A program made the position numbers and the translations under genes. Of a DNA stretch of 64,000 nucleotides, positions 50,964 to 59,934 are shown in pieces. Numbering within the stretch: the stretch's first letter is position 1; each line of letters opens with the position of its first letter. Source of the DNA: an uncultured Candidatus Saccharibacteria bacterium (lineage in GTDB: Bacteria > Patescibacteriota > Minisyncoccia > Phycocordibacterales > CSBR16-119); NCBI GenBank assembly GCA_964426385.1, contig CAYRQF010000003.1:22938-86937 (forward strand), written 5' to 3'. The notes below the pieces were generated by a model, which did not search any database, was not told where the DNA came from, and saw only the letters and a list, made by a program, of their open reading frames with translations.

Positions 50964-53900
50964 ATGGATAAGGATACATCTACTCCGAAGAAGTCCGACG
51001 CCGCTCTCAAGGAAGAGGCGGTACTTAAATTCTGGGCGGATAATGGTATTTTCGAGAAAAGCTTGGCCAAGGATTCACCAAAAGGCGAGTTCGTTTTCTT
51101 CGAGGGTCCGCCAACGGCGAACGCCAAGCCAGCACTTCACCACCTAGAAGCCCGCGCCTTCAAAGACGTTATCCCTCGTTACAAGACCATGCAGGGCTTC
51201 CATGTCCGTCGCCAGGGAGGCTGGGACACTCACGGACTTCCTGTAGAGCTCCAGATCGAGAAGAAGCTCGGACTCAACTCGAAGAAAGCTATCGAGGAGT
51301 ATGGTATCGAGAAATTTAACCGTGAATGTCGGGAGAGCGTTTTCCAGTACATTAAAGACTGGGAAGACTTCACCGACCGTATCGGATACTGGGTGGACAA
51401 AAAGAACGCGTACTTCACATTCGACAATTCCTACATCGAGTCTGTCTGGAATGTCATGGCCAAGGTAAACGAGCGGGGACTACTCTACAAAGACTACCGT
51501 ATCGTGCCATGGTGTTCACGTTGCGGAACGCCACTCGCGTCACATGAGCTCGCACAGGGCTACGAAGATGTAAAAGATCTTTCGATATTCGTAAAATTCA
51601 AAGTAGTAGGCGCCACGAATACATATCTGCTCGCTTGGACGACGACGCCTTGGACTCTCCCCGGCAATGTCGCGTTGGCTGTTGGAGAAAAGATTGATTA
51701 TGTGAAAGTGAAAATCGGCGAAGAACTTCTGATTCTTGCCAAAACTCGGCTTGAGGTTTTAACCGAAAGTTACGAAATAGTAGAAGAAATAAAAGGTTCA
51801 GACCTGGTAGGGCTTTCATACGAACCACTATATCCATTCATCGCCAATTCACTAGAAGCTAAAAGCGATAAGCTAGAAGCTAGTTTTAAAGTATATTCTG
51901 CAGACTTCGTCACGACCGAGGATGGAACAGGTATCGTTCACATCGCACCTATGTATGGCCAGGACGACTTCGAGCTTGGGACCAAGATCGGGCTTCCGAA
52001 AGAACATGTAGTTGGAGTTGATGGTAAATTCCTCCCAGACACCGGTTTTTTCTCTGGAAGATTCGCTATGGAGAAAGATGAGAACGGCAAACCGACACTC
52101 GCTGTTGATGTCATAAACGACCTTACTACACGGGGGCTATTCTTTGGGAAGAAAAATTACGAACACACGTATCCACATTGTTGGCGATGTAAAACTCCGC
52201 TCATATATTACGCACGCGATTCTTGGTACATCCGCATGTCGGAGCTTCGTGATGAGCTGGTTAGAGAAAATGAAAGCATCAACTGGGAACCATCTCATAT
52301 AAAAGAGGGTCGCTTCGGCGAATGGCTACGTGAAATCAAAGACTGGGCAATATCCCGTGAGCGTTACTGGGGTACACCGCTCCCAGTCTGGGTAGCCGAA
52401 GACGGAGAGAAGTGGGTTGTGGGAAGCGTCGACGAACTCCGCAAGCATACCAAGCAATCTATAACTAAGATTATTTTTGTAAGACACGGACAGTCCGATG
52501 CAAATGTTGCACTTGTTTCTTCTAGTGTTCGTGACGCCCACCCACTAACGGAGCTTGGTCAAAAGCAGGCCAGGGATACCGCTGAGAAACTCCAGAGTCA
52601 TGACATTGACGTCGTTTATTGTTCGCCGATTCTACGTGCGAGACAAACAGCAGAGGCTTATCTGGAGTTGGCTGGAAAAGAAATGATGTTAGATGATCGT
52701 CTCGCTGAGATTGGTAGTGGTAGTTGGGAGGAGAAGACCCAACATGACCCGAGTATAAAGGCAGAGCGTGATGCTTATAAAGCTATGTCGCCAGATGAGA
52801 GGTTCGTGTTTAAACGCGGAAGTACTGGCGAGAGTTGGTCTGACTTACAAACTCGGGTAAAAGATTTTTTAGATGAAGTGCTCGCGAAGCATGCTGGCAA
52901 GACTATTGTTTGTTTTGCCCATCAGGGGACTGACGAGATAGGAATAAAACTGCTAAGAAGTTTGGATAACAAATATGCCGCAGAAAATCTCTTTCATGAG
53001 ATTGAGAATGGGGAAGTATTTCCTTTGTATATTGATGACAGAACTCAGAAGGAGTTCGATCTCCATCGTCCATTTATTGATGACGTAGTTCTAGAAAAGG
53101 ATGGTAAAGAATTCCGCCGAGTCAAAGAAGTCATGGATGTCTGGTTCGACTCTGGCGCCATGCCGTTCGCTCAACACCACTATCCGTTCGAGAACAAAGA
53201 GTACGTTGATGGCCCGGGCTATCCGGCAGACTTCATCTCCGAAGCCGTCGACCAAACTCGTGGTTGGTTCTATACGCTTCATGCCGTGGGAGTGCTTATG
53301 GGCAAGGGCCGTGCATACAACAATTGTATCTGTCTCGGGCACATCCTCGACGACAAGGGCAAGAAGATGAGCAAATCTATCGGTAACATCGTGAACCCTT
53401 GGGAGATGATGGACAAATACGGCGTAGATACTCTACGTCTCTGGATGTACTCGGTGAACCAGCCGGGAGACTCGAAAAACTTCGACGAGAAAACTGTGGC
53501 GGAGCTCCGTAATAAAATATTTAACCTACTTTATAACGTCATTGCATTCTACGAGCTTTATCGCGACAAATCACTAGAAGCTAAAAGCGATAAACTAGAA
53601 GCTAGTTCTAACGTTCTGGATATCTGGATACTAGAACGCCTCGCCGAGCTCTCGAATACCATGACGACGGGTCTAGATAGTTACAAACTGATGGAGCCGG
53701 TTCGAGCTATGCGTGAATTTATCGATGAACTTTCCACGTGGTATGTTCGTCGTTCGCGTGATCGCCTGAAGGACGGTGATCAAGATGCAAAACGTACTCT
53801 ATATATCGTACTGAAGAATATGGCCCGTTTCCTGGCTCCATTTGCTCCTTTTGCCGCCGAGGATATTTGGCAGACTTTACGTACGGACGCTGACCCATTG

Positions 53901-54368
53901 AGTGTGCACCTCGCAAACTGGCCCGACCAGAAGCCGACTGACCCGAAAATCTCCGAGGATATGCAGTCTGTCCGTGAGCTTGTTACTCTAGGTCTCGAGC
54001 TCCGTCAGAAGAGTGGAGTTAAGGTCAAACAACCTCTCGCAAGCTTTACTGTAACCAAGGAGCTAGCAGTCGAATACCAAGAGCTTCTAAAAGATGAGCT
54101 CAACGTTAAAGAGATTGCCGTCGGCGAAGCTGTTGGTTTAAACACGGACATCACACCAGAGCTCAAGAGGGAGGGAGACTTCCGAGAATTCCTGCGAAAC
54201 GTTCAGGGTCTTCGTAAAGACGCAGAACTTTCTCCGAACGACATGGTTACTTTGATTGCCCCAGAATCCTCTAAAGAGGTAATCATCGGTTTTGAAGGTG
54301 AGCTCAAGAAAGTTGCCGGGATAAAAGAAATAAAATTCGAAGGAGAGGAAATTAGGATAGAAAAATAA
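50964..54368 (+). CDS. ileS: Isoleucine--tRNA ligase type 2 with inserted histidine-phosphatase domain
   Basis: EGPPTAN, ALHH signature, WTTTPWTLP, DWAISRERYWG, KMSKS; RHGQS insertion. Confidence 0.97.
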   Translation: MDKDTSTPKKSDAALKEEAVLKFWADNGIFEKSLAKDSPKGEFVFFEGPPTANAKPALHHLEARAFKDVIPRYKTMQGFHVRRQGGWDTHGLPVELQIEKKLGLNSKKAIEEYGIEKFNRECRESVFQYIKDWEDFTDRIGYWVDKKNAYFTFDNSYIESVWNVMAKVNERGLLYKDYRIVPWCSRCGTPLASHELAQGYEDVKDLSIFVKFKVVGATNTYLLAWTTTPWTLPGNVALAVGEKIDYVKVKIGEELLILAKTRLEVLTESYEIVEEIKGSDLVGLSYEPLYPFIANSLEAKSDKLEASFKVYSADFVTTEDGTGIVHIAPMYGQDDFELGTKIGLPKEHVVGVDGKFLPDTGFFSGRFAMEKDENGKPTLAVDVINDLTTRGLFFGKKNYEHTYPHCWRCKTPLIYYARDSWYIRMSELRDELVRENESINWEPSHIKEGRFGEWLREIKDWAISRERYWGTPLPVWVAEDGEKWVVGSVDELRKHTKQSITKIIFVRHGQSDANVALVSSSVRDAHPLTELGQKQARDTAEKLQSHDIDVVYCSPILRARQTAEAYLELAGKEMMLDDRLAEIGSGSWEEKTQHDPSIKAERDAYKAMSPDERFVFKRGSTGESWSDLQTRVKDFLDEVLAKHAGKTIVCFAHQGTDEIGIKLLRSLDNKYAAENLFHEIENGEVFPLYIDDRTQKEFDLHRPFIDDVVLEKDGKEFRRVKEVMDVWFDSGAMPFAQHHYPFENKEYVDGPGYPADFISEAVDQTRGWFYTLHAVGVLMGKGRAYNNCICLGHILDDKGKKMSKSIGNIVNPWEMMDKYGVDTLRLWMYSVNQPGDSKNFDEKTVAELRNKIFNLLYNVIAFYELYRDKSLEAKSDKLEASSNVLDIWILERLAELSNTMTTGLDSYKLMEPVRAMREFIDELSTWYVRRSRDRLKDGDQDAKRTLYIVLKNMARFLAPFAPFAAEDIWQTLRTDADPLSVHLANWPDQKPTDPKISEDMQSVRELVTLGLELRQKSGVKVKQPLASFTVTKELAVEYQELLKDELNVKEIAVGEAVGLNTDITPELKREGDFREFLRNVQGLRKDAELSPNDMVTLIAPESSKEVIIGFEGELKKVAGIKEIKFEGEEIRIEK
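51849..51885 (+). repeat. In-frame heptamer array, copy A in ileS (SLEAKSDKLEAS)
   Basis: TCACTAGAAGCTAAAAGCGATAAGCTAGAAGCTAGTT. Confidence 0.9.
53571..53607 (+). repeat. In-frame heptamer array, copy B in ileS (SLEAKSDKLEAS)
   Basis: 36/37 identical to copy A. Confidence 0.9.
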
Positions 54369-54413
54369 ACAAAGGAGCCCTTTTCGGGGCCCCTTCGAGG
54401 TAGAGTCCTGTGA

Positions 54414-54836
54414 CTACTTCTTGCCAGCAATCAGCCAGATGGCCGCGCAAGCAAACAGGTAGCCGATACCCATTCTCCAGCTTACAGGCTCTTTGAGGGC
54501 CAAGTTGGAGAAGAGTCCGTTCATAATGATCACCAATGTCGAGATGAGGGGTATCGAGACCGATAGCCCAGTGGCTGTCTCTACAGCGATTACCTTCCCG
54601 AAACAGTATGCTCCAAGTCCTGCCAGTATGCCTGATAGGATTAGGAAGCCGAGTGGTAGAGCGGTCGGAATCGGCCCGTAAGAGCCTTTTGCCTGGATCG
54701 TCAGTATAACCGCCAGCGATGTTGATGAGACTACGGCCCTCAGCCAGTAAGTTGACGCACCGCTCACTCTTCCCACTATGGGATAGAAAGTGAAGAATAC
54801 GGCGGTCATGAGGCACAGGAAGAAAACGTATCTCAT
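54414..54836 (-). CDS. EamA/DMT-like small membrane transporter, orphan type
   Basis: About 5 TM helices, ALKEPVSWRMGIG motif; promoter TTGACA-17-TAGAGT. Confidence 0.7.
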   Translation of the reverse strand: MRYVFFLCLMTAVFFTFYPIVGRVSGASTYWLRAVVSSTSLAVILTIQAKGSYGPIPTALPLGFLILSGILAGLGAYCFGKVIAVETATGLSVSIPLISTLVIIMNGLFSNLALKEPVSWRMGIGYLFACAAIWLIAGKK

Positions 54837-54912
54837 AGTGGTTCGTTTGACAGGAACTCTATAATACTCAAGAACATGTGTCAATTTGGAGAGATAAACT
54901 ATAATTAGATCC

Positions 54913-55497
54913 ATGTCTCACACCATCTACAACACAGAAGCTTTTGTTATTTCGTCACGAGGGTCTGGCGAGGCTGATAAGACGTTTCATCTCTTTACCA
55001 AGGATTTCGGGACGCTACGCGTCAAAGCGACCGGTATCAGGAAGATAGAGTCACGCTTGCGTTACTTCGTCCAGGACTTCAAATACATCGAGGCGAGCTT
55101 GGTCAAGGGCAAGAGCTACTGGCGACTAGTATCAGCTCGACCTATTCATGAATTGAACTCACGTAAAAGCTTAGCCACACCTTCACGTATCCGTGGACTC
55201 CAGCTTGTAGGGAAACTCGCTCCGGAGGAGGAGCCTCATCCGAACCTATTTGCCGAGCTAGTCGCAGCTTATACCTTTACCTCCCGAGTCCAGGCGGTGG
55301 GCGAAGATGTTGATAGTGTCGAGGCGCTAATTGCTCTCAAGATACTCCACGCGCTCGGGTATTGGGGGGATGAGCAGGGAGATATCGACTTCATCATGAG
55401 TCCATTCAGCGAAGTCTCTATCGATAAGATAAAGTCTGTCAGAAAGTCTATCGTCAAAGAGTTGAACAAATCCCTGGCCGCTACACAGCTCATCTAA
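54913..55497 (+). CDS. recO: DNA repair protein RecO (short form)
   Basis: GEADK.FHLFTKDFG.LRVKATGIRKIESRL. Confidence 0.85.
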   Translation: MSHTIYNTEAFVISSRGSGEADKTFHLFTKDFGTLRVKATGIRKIESRLRYFVQDFKYIEASLVKGKSYWRLVSARPIHELNSRKSLATPSRIRGLQLVGKLAPEEEPHPNLFAELVAAYTFTSRVQAVGEDVDSVEALIALKILHALGYWGDEQGDIDFIMSPFSEVSIDKIKSVRKSIVKELNKSLAATQLI

Positions 55498-55530
55498 CAC
55501 ATGTTATGCGGGGCTAGGAGACTTCGCTCG

Positions 55531-55595
55531 TATATTTCTGTCGTTCGGATGTCGTGCAAGGTTATGCCTTGCACACATCCTCAGTAGCAAATATA
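55531..55595. repeat. REP-like long hairpin
   Basis: GGATGT-c-GTGCAAGG ttatg CCTTGCAC-ACATCC with an outer TATATTT/AAATATA stem. Confidence 0.65.
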
Positions 55596-55609
55596 ATCAA
55601 ACAGTATTT

Positions 55610-57508
55610 ATGCCTCCAAAGAAAAAAAGTAAAATCGAACATTTGAAAGAAAGACTTTATAGTCCGAAGTCTAAGGATATACAGGCAAAGCCTCGTGCGG
55701 AGATATATGAAGACCCGCACGCTGTTCCAAATAATTGGACCAAAGAACCTATGGTTACTCACAAGAAAAAGAAAAACTTACTTCATAACAGTATGTTCCG
55801 CAAATTTTTTATTGCGGCGATACTATTCTTCGTCGTATCTGTCGGATTCGGGATGTTTATGTTTTTTGGTGGATCAAACACAGTTTCCGCGGATAATATA
55901 GATATCGTTATTCTCGGCAATGCCTTCGTCTCCGGTGGCGAAGAACTACCACTTGAAATCCAGCTGGTGAATAGGAACAATGTCCCTCTCGAATACGGTG
56001 ACCTAATCATCGAATACCAGAAAGGCTCTGGCGGAGGTGAAGAAATACATAGCGACCGCGTCGCAGTCGGGACTATTCCCGCAGGAGGCATGATAGAAAA
56101 GCTTGTTAATGTTACTATTTTTGGCCAGCAGGGTACGACAAGAGACCTCAATATTACTCTAGAATATCGAGTCAAAGGCTCTAGTGCTATTTTCGTTAAA
56201 CAAAAACCTTATGTGGTGAATATCTCGTCAACGCCAGTCAATCTCCTGATTGAGGGTCCTGAGGTCACAAACTCGAACCAAGAAATAACTTTTGATATAA
56301 CTGCGAGCCTAAACACCGAGAGCTCAGTCAAGGATATGATGATCGTGGTAAATTATCCACCAGGATTTGATCTAGACGAGACGATTCCAGAGGCGACATT
56401 TTCAAATAATATCTGGTCCCTCGGAGACCTTCAGAAAGGGGCTGAGAAGAAAATAACAATAACAGGTACTGTTGTAGCAGATTCCGGTGAGGATAGAGCT
56501 TTCAATGTGTATATCGGCAGTGCCGACCCAGAAAATGAACAGCGCATAGGCGTACAATTTAATTCTCAGAACTACATCGTCGCTATAGAAAAGCCGTTCC
56601 TTGATCTCAAATTCAAAATTAACGGCAACTCTGCTCCGGAAGTGTCGGTGTTTAGTAGTAAGCAAACAAAAGGTGAGATAGACCTGATAAACGCTCTCGA
56701 CACAAAGATGACGGATATTGAGGTTGTGGCTAAATTTTCTGGCAATGCATTCGATCCCACATCGGTTGTTCCTGAAGAAGGTTTCTATGACTCGACTAAG
56801 CAGTCAATAATTTGGAATAGTCAGACTCTAGAGAATCTACAGAGCTTTGATCCTGGAGATAAGCAGACACTTAAATTCTCATACCTACCATTGTCATCTT
56901 CTGATTCGAGTATCAAGAATCCTGAGGTAAATATAGAAATATCAGTTCAGGGTCGTCAGCCATCGCTTGGAAATCTAACACGGGAGATAGAGAACTACGT
57001 AAAGAAGAGGGTGAAATACGGATCTTCTATGCAGATAACAGGGAATGCGCTTTATAATTCGGGACCATTCCAGAATACTGGGCCACTCCCTCCAAAGCCA
57101 GGATCTTCTACGACGTATACGGTCGTCTGGAATATCGCGAGTGGTAATAACAAAATAGTTGATGCGGTAGCCTCTACGACTCTTCCACTGTATGTCGAAT
57201 GGACAGGAAAAATAAGTCCAGCAAATCAGGACGTTACGTACAATGCGACAACCAATGAAATCGTCTGGAATATCGGGACACTTGAGCCTTTTGTTGGAAC
57301 GAACACCTCAGCTCGACAGCTGTATTTTCAAGTCAAACTAACGCCATCAGCATCTCAGTCTGGAAGCACAGTAGATCTGACGACTGAAACCGTGATGAGG
57401 GGTAAGGACTCATTTACAGGGTCTGAGATGAATCGCTCGATGTCGAGTATAAATACTAGACTAAATCTCGATAGCAACTATAATCCAGAGAATGATAAAA
57501 TCGAATAA
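55610..57508 (+). CDS. Single-pass membrane protein with multiple Ig-like (DUF11-like) domains
   Basis: TM at about aa 66-86; beta-rich ectodomain; NTGPLPP..TTYTVVW. Confidence 0.75.
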   Translation: MPPKKKSKIEHLKERLYSPKSKDIQAKPRAEIYEDPHAVPNNWTKEPMVTHKKKKNLLHNSMFRKFFIAAILFFVVSVGFGMFMFFGGSNTVSADNIDIVILGNAFVSGGEELPLEIQLVNRNNVPLEYGDLIIEYQKGSGGGEEIHSDRVAVGTIPAGGMIEKLVNVTIFGQQGTTRDLNITLEYRVKGSSAIFVKQKPYVVNISSTPVNLLIEGPEVTNSNQEITFDITASLNTESSVKDMMIVVNYPPGFDLDETIPEATFSNNIWSLGDLQKGAEKKITITGTVVADSGEDRAFNVYIGSADPENEQRIGVQFNSQNYIVAIEKPFLDLKFKINGNSAPEVSVFSSKQTKGEIDLINALDTKMTDIEVVAKFSGNAFDPTSVVPEEGFYDSTKQSIIWNSQTLENLQSFDPGDKQTLKFSYLPLSSSDSSIKNPEVNIEISVQGRQPSLGNLTREIENYVKKRVKYGSSMQITGNALYNSGPFQNTGPLPPKPGSSTTYTVVWNIASGNNKIVDAVASTTLPLYVEWTGKISPANQDVTYNATTNEIVWNIGTLEPFVGTNTSARQLYFQVKLTPSASQSGSTVDLTTETVMRGKDSFTGSEMNRSMSSINTRLNLDSNYNPENDKIE

Positions 57509-57509
57509 T

Positions 57510-58832
57510 ATGAAAGAGGATTTGATGCAAAAACTGGTGTCGCTCGGCAAAAGAAGGGGGTTCGTCTTCCAGGGGTCAGAGATATACGGCGGATTGGCTG
57601 GAACATACGACTACGGACCACTTGGCTCACTTCTCAAAGAGAATGTGAAATCTTCATGGAAGAACAAATTCGTATCTGGACGAGAAGATATGCACCTCCT
57701 CGATGCGGCCATACTTATGAATCAGAGAGTCTGGCAGACTACGGGGCACGTGGACCATTTCTCTGACCCCCTAGTCGAGTGCAAGAAATGCAAGAAGCGC
57801 TTTCGTGCTGACCAACTCGCTGTACCACCACCCGAAGGTAAGTGCCCAGAATGTAAAGGAGAGTTTGGTCCTGTTCGTCAGTTCAACATGATGCTCGCTA
57901 CTCAGGTGGGTGCTGCGGAGGATTCTAGTGCGACCTCATACCTTCGCCCAGAGACAGCACAGGGAATATTTGTGAACTTCAAAAACGTCGTCGATTCGAT
58001 GCAGCCGAAAGTCCCTTTTGGTATCGCCCAGATCGGCAAAGCCTTTCGAAACGAGATCACTCCTCGTGACTTCATCTTCCGCCTGCGGGAGCTAGAGCAG
58101 ATGGAGATCGAATACTTCGTGCACCCAGATGAGTGGCAAAAACATTTCGAATATTGGAAGGATGAGATGCTCGAATGGATGGCAGAGATCGGTCTCGACA
58201 TGTCAAAAGTTCATGATGTCGAGATAGCTGATGGAGACCGTGCCCACTACTCATCACGCACCATAGACTTTGAATTCGAGTATCCTTTCGGTCAGAAAGA
58301 ACTCTACGGGCTCGCTTATCGTGGGGACTACGATCTGAGTAAACACGCCGAAGCTTCCGGCGAGAAGCTAGAATATAGATTTCAGGATGAATCCGGAGTC
58401 CAGGTATTCACGCCTCATGTTATCGAGCCATCGTTTGGATTAGATAGAACTATTCTCGCACTCCTTGCCTCTGCATATCGCGAGGAAGGGGTGGGGGATG
58501 ATACTAGGGTGTATCTCGCTCTAGATCCAAAAATCGCACCATACAAGATGTGTGTCTCACCACTTCTAAAAAACAAGCCAGAGCTGGTTGCTAAAGCTCG
58601 CGAAGTATTCGGGCATCTCAAGTCAGAATTTCGTAATGTTGTTTGGGATGACAGTGGCAATATCGGCAAGCGTTATCGCCGTCAGGACGAGATAGGTACT
58701 CCGTATTGTGTGGTTGTCGACTTCGAATCCCTAGAAGACGAGTCAGTTACTATCCGTCATCGAAATAGTGGTGAGCAGGAAAGGATGAAGATCTCAGAAC
58801 TTGCCCCATATCTACGCGATTCCCTCAAATAG
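57510..58832 (+). CDS. glyQS: Glycine--tRNA ligase, alpha2 type
   Basis: YLRPETAQGIF, FRNEITPR, IEPSFG, IGKRYRRQDEIGTP. Confidence 0.97.
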   Translation: MKEDLMQKLVSLGKRRGFVFQGSEIYGGLAGTYDYGPLGSLLKENVKSSWKNKFVSGREDMHLLDAAILMNQRVWQTTGHVDHFSDPLVECKKCKKRFRADQLAVPPPEGKCPECKGEFGPVRQFNMMLATQVGAAEDSSATSYLRPETAQGIFVNFKNVVDSMQPKVPFGIAQIGKAFRNEITPRDFIFRLRELEQMEIEYFVHPDEWQKHFEYWKDEMLEWMAEIGLDMSKVHDVEIADGDRAHYSSRTIDFEFEYPFGQKELYGLAYRGDYDLSKHAEASGEKLEYRFQDESGVQVFTPHVIEPSFGLDRTILALLASAYREEGVGDDTRVYLALDPKIAPYKMCVSPLLKNKPELVAKAREVFGHLKSEFRNVVWDDSGNIGKRYRRQDEIGTPYCVVVDFESLEDESVTIRHRNSGEQERMKISELAPYLRDSLK

Positions 58833-58866
58833 CCACAAACTCGAAAAAAGAGTATTATTGTCCGTA

Positions 58867-59934
58867 ATGATAGATCGAACATACACTATAAATATAAGCC
58901 GTCGAACCCTATCTAATATCGTGATTCTGGGTTTGGTAGTCTTCGCTCTGTTCATTATGAAAGAGCTTGTTTTCGTTATTCTTACCTCTGTAGTCTTGGC
59001 CTCGTTCATCCGCACAGCTGCGGTGTCAGTGAAAAATCGCTTCGGACTGTCTAGGATACTATCCGTTGCGCTGATGTATCTCATTACATTCTGTGCATTG
59101 GCGGGAATATTCTATTTCTTCATTCCTGTGTTAGTGGTTGAGATATCTAACCTCTTGCCGGTTTTGACCAAATACCTACCAGCAAATCTGCCAATAGTTC
59201 AGAATCTTGATATCGATACATTGGGGGCTATAAGTACAGAGGGTGTTGCGGCGGGAGAGAGCCTCGGTCCGCTCGTCGACAATTTCCGGTCTTTTTTGCT
59301 CATACTAGCGTCAGGATTCGGCAATACTTTGTCTGCATTCTTCGGCGGGGTATTGAACATAGTGGTAGTCATCGTCGTTTCGTTCTATCTCTCGGTCTCG
59401 GCAGATGGTATCGAGTCATTCCTGCGTATACTTTCACCTATCGATAAAGAGGCCTATGTGATAGATCTGTGGAAGAGGTCTCAGCGCAAGATTGCCCTTT
59501 GGATGCAGGGTCAGCTTTTTCTCGGAGTCGTTATCGGAATCCTGACGTTTATCGGACTCACACTTCTCGGTGTTCCGCAGGCGATACTTCTCGCCGTTGT
59601 CGCCGCGATATTTGAACTCATTCCGTTTGGAATATTTTTGGCAGCTGTACCAGCGATATCTATCGCTTACGGTGGAGGAGGTATATCTCTCGCATTGATG
59701 GTCGCCGCACTTTATACCATTATCCAACAGCTCGAGGGCTATCTCATCTCGCCACTCGTTATGAACAAGATGACAGGAGTTTCCCCGCTGGTGGTCATCC
59801 TTTCAGTTTTGGTGGGTGTTCATCTGGCTGGATTCTGGGGGTTGATACTCGCTGTCCCTGTCGCCGTAACTCTGCTTGAGTATGTTAACGATCTCGAAAA
59901 AGAACGCATCCTTCGATTACAAAATGAGCAATAG
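58867..59934 (+). CDS. AI-2E family transporter
   Basis: WMQGQL, IQQLEGYLISP, GFWGLILAVP. Confidence 0.9.
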   Translation: MIDRTYTINISRRTLSNIVILGLVVFALFIMKELVFVILTSVVLASFIRTAAVSVKNRFGLSRILSVALMYLITFCALAGIFYFFIPVLVVEISNLLPVLTKYLPANLPIVQNLDIDTLGAISTEGVAAGESLGPLVDNFRSFLLILASGFGNTLSAFFGGVLNIVVVIVVSFYLSVSADGIESFLRILSPIDKEAYVIDLWKRSQRKIALWMQGQLFLGVVIGILTFIGLTLLGVPQAILLAVVAAIFELIPFGIFLAAVPAISIAYGGGGISLALMVAALYTIIQQLEGYLISPLVMNKMTGVSPLVVILSVLVGVHLAGFWGLILAVPVAVTLLEYVNDLEKERILRLQNEQ

